Source of the DNA: Candidatus Bathyarchaeia archaeon
GTDB lineage: Archaea; Thermoproteota; Bathyarchaeia; 40CM-2-53-6
Assembly (NCBI GenBank): GCA_049517415.1
Contig: JBEKSC010000002.1
Coordinates: forward strand, 96,001 to 160,000
Reading direction: 5' to 3'
DNA: 64,000 nt
The notes under the pieces are model-generated. The model was not told the origin of the DNA. It was given only the letters and a program-made list of their open reading frames with translations, and did no database searches. A program made the position numbers and the translations under genes. Position 1 is the stretch's first letter. Each line of letters begins with the position of its first letter. Shown here in pieces: positions 57,849 through 64,000 of this stretch.

Positions 57849-58673
57849 GTGGCCTGGGTTCGACGTGAACTTGACTCGATAGGCATCCCTCCGCTCAAGA
57901 GGTTCGGACAACATTTTCTAATTGACAAAGAGGTACGCGAGCGCCTAGTCGAGCTGGCTGAACTAACCCTTAATGATACAGTCCTCGAGGTGGGCCCTGG
58001 CCTCGGTTTCTTGACGGTAGCGTTGATAGGGAGAGCAGGACGCACAATAGCGATCGAAAAAGATCGGACACTCGCTGCATATCTGAAAGAGAAATTCTCA
58101 AAGCAACAGAATTTGACAGTTGTTCAAGCTGACGCGCTAACTGTCCAGATCCCAGAAGGTTCGAAAGTCGTTTCCAGCCCCCCCTACAACATTTCGTCAA
58201 AGCTCATACTTCTAATCATGAACAGTCGATTTCGACTGGCGGCACTGTTGATGCAAGAGGAATTTGTCCGAAGGTTAACAGCCTCCAGTGGGTCTCGCGA
58301 ATACGGACGGATCAGTGTGATGCTACAATCCAAGGCCACAGCCAAACTTGACATGAAAGTCCCGCGGGACGCATTCTACCCGAAACCTAGAGTTGACTCC
58401 GCCCTCGTTACAATTAGGCCTAGCATCGAAAAGCCTCAGGCCCAGAATCAGCAGTTATTCATCGACATGGTACGAGCGCTGTTCACCCAGCGCCGCCGAA
58501 AACTGAGAGGAGTCTTGGCGAGATATCTGAAAGCCCGATACCCAACGCTAAGTGACAAGATAATTCAACAAATACCGCTAATTGACAAGCGAATCTACGA
58601 ACTCAACCCAAACGAGTTAATCGTATTGTCAAACCAGATCGCTGAGGCAACCACGGAATCTGGAAGTGAGTGA
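57849..58673 (+). CDS. rsmA: 16S rRNA adenine dimethyltransferase
   Basis: GQHFL, EVGPGLG, PPYNIS, FYPKPRVDS. Confidence 0.95.
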   Translation: MAWVRRELDSIGIPPLKRFGQHFLIDKEVRERLVELAELTLNDTVLEVGPGLGFLTVALIGRAGRTIAIEKDRTLAAYLKEKFSKQQNLTVVQADALTVQIPEGSKVVSSPPYNISSKLILLIMNSRFRLAALLMQEEFVRRLTASSGSREYGRISVMLQSKATAKLDMKVPRDAFYPKPRVDSALVTIRPSIEKPQAQNQQLFIDMVRALFTQRRRKLRGVLARYLKARYPTLSDKIIQQIPLIDKRIYELNPNELIVLSNQIAEATTESGSE

Positions 58674-59370
58674 ATCGCCGATTAGGGTAATTCTCCTAGA
58701 ACCCGAAACAGGGGGAAACATTGGCTCCATAGCTCGATCAATGAAGAACTTCCAACTCAAGGATCTCTGGATAGTGAACCCGCAAACCCCTATCAATGAC
58801 GAGGCAAGGGCATTTGCAATGGGCGGCCTCGATGTTCTCAAATCGGCTAACGTCGTCAGCACCTTCAGAAAAGCGCTGAAGGGAGTTAACTTGGTTGTAG
58901 GAACCAGTTCTGTGGCTGCAACAAGCACATCCAACCTTTCCAGAGTATCAATCAAACCAGCCGAACTCGCTAAGAAAGTTCAGGCAGTCAAAGGGACTAT
59001 TGCAATCGTCTTCGGAAGAGAGAGCTCCGGATTAAGCAACCGAGAGGTAGAAGGATGCGACTTCATGGTTACAATACCTGCAAGCCGCGAATACAACGTA
59101 CTTAACATAGCCACCGCCGCCTCAATCATCTTCTACGAAATCTTTCACCAAAGAATAAGAGGACGAAGCTTTGAGTTGGCCTCAAGACCTGTCATGGAAA
59201 GGCTCCTCCGGCAATTTGACGGCCTACTGAAACGAAGTAACATGGCACCACATAGGCGTAGACTCGCCCATCGAGCATTCCGCAACCTGACCTCACGCGC
59301 TTTTGTTTCAAAGCGCGAAGCCTCGCTCCTCCTCGGACTATTTAGGAAGCTACAAACAGAGCTGACGTAA
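58666..59370 (+). CDS. TrmJ-like SPOUT RNA methyltransferase
   Basis: NIGSIARSMKNF, FGRESSGL, YNVLNIA. Confidence 0.9.
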   Translation: MSESPIRVILLEPETGGNIGSIARSMKNFQLKDLWIVNPQTPINDEARAFAMGGLDVLKSANVVSTFRKALKGVNLVVGTSSVAATSTSNLSRVSIKPAELAKKVQAVKGTIAIVFGRESSGLSNREVEGCDFMVTIPASREYNVLNIATAASIIFYEIFHQRIRGRSFELASRPVMERLLRQFDGLLKRSNMAPHRRRLAHRAFRNLTSRAFVSKREASLLLGLFRKLQTELT

Positions 59371-59400
59371 GCCATCCTGAAGAGCAGGCAGTGTTAGACC

Positions 59401-59982
59401 ATGAGAATTCTAGTTCTCGCTACTCTTTTGATAATTCTTGTCTGCGTGTCACCAGCTGCAGCCACCGGATCTGGAACTGGCTCGGTAATAGTCCAAATTC
59501 AAGGATATGGAACAGTTCAGGGCCAGTTACAGAACGCGCTCATACAGTCAAACAATAACGTCACGATGTCGATGGTTGTGAACGATCAAATCCAGACCCC
59601 TCAGGGCTCCTTCCCCATCCAAGCGACCGGCGACTGGAAAGGAGTTCTGAACAATTCAACGCTATCGGGAACAATCGATAACGTTCAAGGAAAAATCCAG
59701 GTCTGCATAATTCTCTCATGCAACGACGTCGACTTTAACGGCCACGGGACTTGGACGGGGCAACTTCAAACCACATCGTCTGGAAGTGGAAACTACACTG
59801 GAACAATAACTATCACGAACTCTCCGTACCCGCAGATTCAAAAAGGCCAAACAATTCCCATTTATGGCTCATGGGCCTCGAACTTTGCATCCGCCGTCCC
59901 TGAGTTCAATTACTCCATCAGTCTACTGCTTGTAACTCTAACGGCCGCAATTATCCTGACGCATAGAAGACGAAGAACGTAG
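59401..59982 (+). CDS. Surface protein with PEF-CTERM-like sorting signal
   Basis: Signal peptide, G/T/S/N-rich body, VPEF-TM-RRRR. Confidence 0.8.
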   Translation: MRILVLATLLIILVCVSPAAATGSGTGSVIVQIQGYGTVQGQLQNALIQSNNNVTMSMVVNDQIQTPQGSFPIQATGDWKGVLNNSTLSGTIDNVQGKIQVCIILSCNDVDFNGHGTWTGQLQTTSSGSGNYTGTITITNSPYPQIQKGQTIPIYGSWASNFASAVPEFNYSISLLLVTLTAAIILTHRRRRT

Positions 59983-60116
59983 GTCTGCCTGCCACGCCAA
60001 GATTGCGCGCGAGAGCAGGACATCAGGGACCGAGGTGGTCGAGAGCTTCGAGATGAGAGCATGTAAGCTTAAGTAACACTCGATGCAATCTCGCTAAACT
60101 CCCTAGTGGATTAGAC

Positions 60117-60641
60117 ATGAAGGGTAGAAACTACAGGCAAATCAAAGGCCAGCCATACACTAGGGGAAAATATATTCACGGCACTCCGCCGCCGAAGATA
60201 TCGAAGTTCATGATGGGAGACACGAAGGCACATTTCGAATATCGAATATCTTTGGTAGCACAAAGCCCAGAACAGATCAGGCATAATGCACTCGAAGCAG
60301 CACGCGTTGCAGCAAACAAGGTGTTGTTCGACGCGTTGGGCGAAACGGGTTACAAGATTCATCTTCGAGTTTACCCCCACATCATCCTTCGAGAGAACCG
60401 AATGATCGCAACCGCAGGCGCCGACAGGCTACAAGAGGGAATGCGAAGAGCCTTCGGTAAACCGAGCGGAAGAGCCGCTAGGGTGAAGACGGGACAGTCA
60501 ATCCTCGACCTTTACGTTAACAGCAATGCGATCGACGCTGCGAAGAAGGCAATGCGGGTCGCGTCTACAAAACTTGCGGTCGCTTGCATTGTGACCCAAG
60601 AGACGTTGGCACCGGCTGCCGTCCCTGTCTTGGCAAAATAA
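60117..60641 (+). CDS. rpl10e: 50S ribosomal protein L10e (uL16)
   Basis: ALEAAR, LRENRM..GADRLQEGMRRAFGKP. Confidence 0.96.
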   Translation: MKGRNYRQIKGQPYTRGKYIHGTPPPKISKFMMGDTKAHFEYRISLVAQSPEQIRHNALEAARVAANKVLFDALGETGYKIHLRVYPHIILRENRMIATAGADRLQEGMRRAFGKPSGRAARVKTGQSILDLYVNSNAIDAAKKAMRVASTKLAVACIVTQETLAPAAVPVLAK

Positions 60642-60658
60642 GACGTTTTTTGCGATCC

Positions 60659-61390
60659 TTACTTTTGGCCACAGACTAACGCGACCACACCTAAGGGCAT
60701 CTTTCCAGAAAGTGTACGCTGAAACCCGGCACCGAGAAGTGCCTCCGAGGTTTCATTCGCCGTTGAGGATTTCAATATCGTATTTGCAAGATAGATGAGG
60801 GTACGCTTCCAATAGCCAGAAACAAGGCCACCAATAGCTGGAAGGACGTGAAAGATGTGGAAGTTGTAGAGCCGCCACACGAAAAGCCCTTCTGGCCTAA
60901 CGAAGTCGACTGAGAGAAACCAACCAGAGTGAATTAAGACTCTCAGCGAGTCCCGGAACATGGCCGGTTTATCAGCAAAATTACGCAACGCCAAACCGAT
61001 TGTTACATACCCGAAAGTTGCGTCGCGTAATGGAGGATATTCTCCTACGGCCCTTACAAAATCGACCTTACATTCACCCTGAAACATGTGCTTTTTCCGG
61101 TTCGCTATGCTCAGCATCGCAGGGCTCAGATCTAGACCAACAATCAAACCACCATCCCTAATCGTACGACTTAGCTCGAAAGTGACAGGCCCTGTCCCGC
61201 AGGCTAAATCCAACACCATAACCTCTCCAGAGAAATCCATCTTTGCGAACATGCGCCTCCTCCAAACCCAGTCGAATGAAAGAGTCATCAGGTGCAGCAG
61301 GACGTCGTACTCTTTCTCAACGTCCGTGAAGATAGCCCTGACGAATCTTGCTTTGTCAACGAACCTAGTTGGGATTTCCATCTGAGCCAT
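60659..61390 (-). CDS. UbiE/MenG family methyltransferase
   Basis: YD..L..M..D..WRR, LDLACGTG, LRNF, YLANTI. Confidence 0.85.
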   Translation of the reverse strand: MAQMEIPTRFVDKARFVRAIFTDVEKEYDVLLHLMTLSFDWVWRRRMFAKMDFSGEVMVLDLACGTGPVTFELSRTIRDGGLIVGLDLSPAMLSIANRKKHMFQGECKVDFVRAVGEYPPLRDATFGYVTIGLALRNFADKPAMFRDSLRVLIHSGWFLSVDFVRPEGLFVWRLYNFHIFHVLPAIGGLVSGYWKRTLIYLANTILKSSTANETSEALLGAGFQRTLSGKMPLGVVALVCGQK

Positions 61391-61460
61391 ATGCTTGGGT
61401 GCCTCTCACGCAAAGGAACGGTTAAGTTGCGCAGTCAGCCTGCTACACCGATGTCTGGCC

Positions 61461-62471
61461 ATGTACCAACTAGAAGAAGATAGCATAATAGATGAGATAA
61501 GAAGGCGCGGTTCGAAGAGAATTCTCCTCCAAATGCCTGAAGGCCTGAAACCAACCGGATTTAGACTGGCAAAGTTGCTTGAGAAGGAAACGAAAGCCGA
61601 AGTTTTCGTCTCAGGTGACCCTTGTTACGGTGCCTGTGACCTTGCGTTCTACCCGAAGAAGCACATCGACGCTGACTTACTCGTTCATCTTGGGCACGCG
61701 GAGATTCCGGGCGAATTCCCCGACGAGAACGTTTTGTATGTTGAAGCACGGGCGGACGTGCCAATACTCGAACCAATGATTCAGGCCTTGAAGATGTTAG
61801 AGAAGGAGCAAGTGATCGGACTCGCTTCAAACGTTCAGCATATTCATCAGATCGATAAGGCCAAAGAAATTCTGGAAGGCCACGGAAAGAAGGTGCTGAT
61901 TGGTCGCCCATCGGGGTGGCTAAAGTATCCGGGGCAGGTTCTCGGATGTGACTACGGTAGCGTAAGGGCAATTGCTGAGAAAATTGACGCCATCATTATT
62001 TTGAGCGGAGGAGATTTCCACGCCCTCGGAATTCCGTTGGCAACAGGCAAACGGACCATCGTCGTCGACCCATTTCAACAAACAGCGAAAGACATGACCG
62101 AAGTGTGTCGAAAACTCCTCCGCAAGAGGTGGATCAATATTGAAAAATTCAAACAAGCCAAGAGGATCGGAATCATTGTTGGCCTAAAGAGTAGTCAAAT
62201 GAATATTTCTCTTGCGCGTCGGCTCAAGGAGCTCTTGGAAGATAGGCAGTATTCAAGTATCTTAATTTGCGCAACCGAGGTGATTCCTGAGACCCTAGGC
62301 TCCTTCACAGACTTAGACGCCTACGTCGAAATCTCATGCCCACGAATAAGCACCGACGACCAAGAACGTTATCGCAAACCCATCCTTAACCCGGAAGAGG
62401 TCATGATAGCATTAGGGAAGAAGAGCTGGGAAGATTACACAAAAGGAATGACGTTAGAAGAATGGCATTAG
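61461..62471 (+). CDS. dph2: Diphthamide biosynthesis enzyme Dph2
   Basis: QMPEGLK, CYGACD, GQVLGC, SCPR; ATG 61461 preferred over 61395. Confidence 0.93.
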   Translation: MYQLEEDSIIDEIRRRGSKRILLQMPEGLKPTGFRLAKLLEKETKAEVFVSGDPCYGACDLAFYPKKHIDADLLVHLGHAEIPGEFPDENVLYVEARADVPILEPMIQALKMLEKEQVIGLASNVQHIHQIDKAKEILEGHGKKVLIGRPSGWLKYPGQVLGCDYGSVRAIAEKIDAIIILSGGDFHALGIPLATGKRTIVVDPFQQTAKDMTEVCRKLLRKRWINIEKFKQAKRIGIIVGLKSSQMNISLARRLKELLEDRQYSSILICATEVIPETLGSFTDLDAYVEISCPRISTDDQERYRKPILNPEEVMIALGKKSWEDYTKGMTLEEWH

Positions 62472-62484
62472 ACCCGACCAAGGG

Positions 62485-63123
62485 TTGAAGGCTCTTATCT
62501 TGCACTCCCGACCCGTCCTGATTCGAAAGCGCGACCTAACCATCAAACTGCAGCAGGCAATGTCTCACCCCGAACCCCAAGTTGCCCTCGAGCAGTACAC
62601 TATCCCAGCCGACCTAGCGGCAGACATCCTGTTCGAAGCATGCTACGTATACGGGGACATCGAAAATAAATCGGTGGCAGACCTCGGCACAGGAACGGGA
62701 AGACTCGCCCTAGGCGCTTCAATCCTCGGTGCGGGATACGTAGTCGGAATCGACCTAGACCCCACCAGCCTTCGCGTAGCCTCAAGGAACGCCAAACTGC
62801 TGGGGATACATCCAGATTGGGTATGCGGTGTCGTAGAAGGCCTAAGGGGAAGGGTTGATACAGTTCTAATGAACCCGCCATTTGGGACCAAGCAACCGCA
62901 CGCCGATATTCACTTTCTTCAGACCGCCCTAGCCTTGGGGACAACCGTCTACAGTATCCACAAATCTTCCACTCGCGAATATCTCACTCGCTGGTTACAG
63001 GGACGAGCAAACAAGACCGAAAGAATTCTGAGTACAAAAATGGAAATTCCACATCAGTTCTCCTTCCACACAAAGCGAAGCCGCAAAGTCGAAGTCGACG
63101 TATTCAGGATTCGGCCGAGTTAG
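62485..63123 (+). CDS. METTL5-like N6-adenine RNA methyltransferase
   Basis: LEQY, DLGTGTG, NPPFG, YSIHK, FH. Confidence 0.9.
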   Translation: MKALILHSRPVLIRKRDLTIKLQQAMSHPEPQVALEQYTIPADLAADILFEACYVYGDIENKSVADLGTGTGRLALGASILGAGYVVGIDLDPTSLRVASRNAKLLGIHPDWVCGVVEGLRGRVDTVLMNPPFGTKQPHADIHFLQTALALGTTVYSIHKSSTREYLTRWLQGRANKTERILSTKMEIPHQFSFHTKRSRKVEVDVFRIRPS

Positions 63124-63260
63124 TTCGATTTGCGCCTGCCCTTATATACAGGGCTGCAATCTAACGCACACAAATCTGCGCAACTGTTGGAGAAATATCT
63201 TTCAGAGTCACTGACTCGGCGAAGAAATCTAGGTCTCGATTACAACTCTGGTGGTAAGAA

Positions 63261-63830
63261 TTGAGTAAGGTACGTGAAATGGTTCAACCCGTCCTTCCCG
63301 GAGACAAATTAGGAGTCGTGGAACAATTCCTTCCTGGCGTTGGCACCTACGAAAAGGAAGGTGTGATTTACGCAAATTTCACCGGGAACGCTAACATTGA
63401 CCTGAAGAACAAGCGCGTGACCGTGGTTCCAACCACGAGGGTACCCAAACTTCCCAAGGAAGGAGCTACAGTCATTGCATCGGTGATACATGCACAGGAG
63501 AAGATGGCGACCGTGAATATCTGGAAGATAGATGACAAACTGCTGCACAACCCATTCACAGCAATACTTCACATCTCCTCATCGAGCCCCCGATATGAGA
63601 GAAACATGTCAGATGTATGCAAGTCAGGTGATATACTCCGCGCAAGAATCATCGATATGACTAACAGAATTCCACAACTGACAACAGCGGGTCGCGGTCT
63701 AGGAGTCGTTAAAGCCTTCTGTTCCAACTGTGGAGCTGTATTGGAGTTTAAAGACAGAAAACTCCAGTGTCCATCATGCGGAAACCTTGAGAGCAGGAGG
63801 CTCGCAGAAGATTACGAACAAGCTGCGTAA
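63261..63830 (+). CDS. csl4: Exosome RNA-binding protein Csl4
   Basis: VLPGD, S1 domain, LGVVKAFCSNCG..CPSCG. Confidence 0.93.
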   Translation: MSKVREMVQPVLPGDKLGVVEQFLPGVGTYEKEGVIYANFTGNANIDLKNKRVTVVPTTRVPKLPKEGATVIASVIHAQEKMATVNIWKIDDKLLHNPFTAILHISSSSPRYERNMSDVCKSGDILRARIIDMTNRIPQLTTAGRGLGVVKAFCSNCGAVLEFKDRKLQCPSCGNLESRRLAEDYEQAA

Positions 63831-63838
63831 AGGTGCGA

Positions 63839-64000
63839 ATGATGGAAGTCAAGGTTCTATCAAAATCGAAGAACGACCTTAAGCTCGAAATAGTTGGCGA
63901 GGACCATACCTTCTGCAACCTACTTCAGAGCCTCTTACTTGAGGACAAGAACGTAGAGATTGCAGGTTACGACCAACCCCACCCGCTAATCAGGTCAAGC
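63839..64000 (+). CDS. rpoL: RNA polymerase subunit L (Rpo11), 3'-partial
   Basis: Own translation EIVGEDHTFCNLLQ..AGYDQPHPL. Confidence 0.92.
   Translation, partial: MMEVKVLSKSKNDLKLEIVGEDHTFCNLLQSLLLEDKNVEIAGYDQPHPLIRSS

Overview
Archaeal genomic DNA; the gene set (srp54, rpl21e, rpoF, rpl10e, dph2, csl4, rpoL, eIF5A/DHS, Nob1) and frequent TTG/GTG/CTG starts suggest a TACK lineage such as Bathyarchaeia, but this is inference. 1-8.2 kb: hydrolases, decayed genes and a tRNA-like remnant. 8,208-26,850: an 18.6-kb element bounded by a 17-bp direct repeat of a tRNA-Leu 3' end. Its integrase and replication-ATPase genes are broken, but it carries intact defence cargo: a two-gene CBASS (CD-NTase + NucC) and a DISARM-like locus with an atypical gene set (GHKL-ATPase/nuclease, 5mC MTase, Mig-like T:G glycosylase, DrmA, DrmB, DrmC, 482-aa orphan). 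27-38.6 kb: toxin-antitoxin modules, Mo/W ABC transporter subunits, phosphomutase-deoC and a permease. 38,661-45,571: a second, 6.9-kb element inserted into the 3' end of a Nudix gene at a 10-bp core, with an unusual tyrosine recombinase, small Zn-finger genes and two PEF-CTERM-like surface proteins. 45.5-64 kb: mostly conserved housekeeping genes. All calls come from motif recognition by eye; no searches were run.
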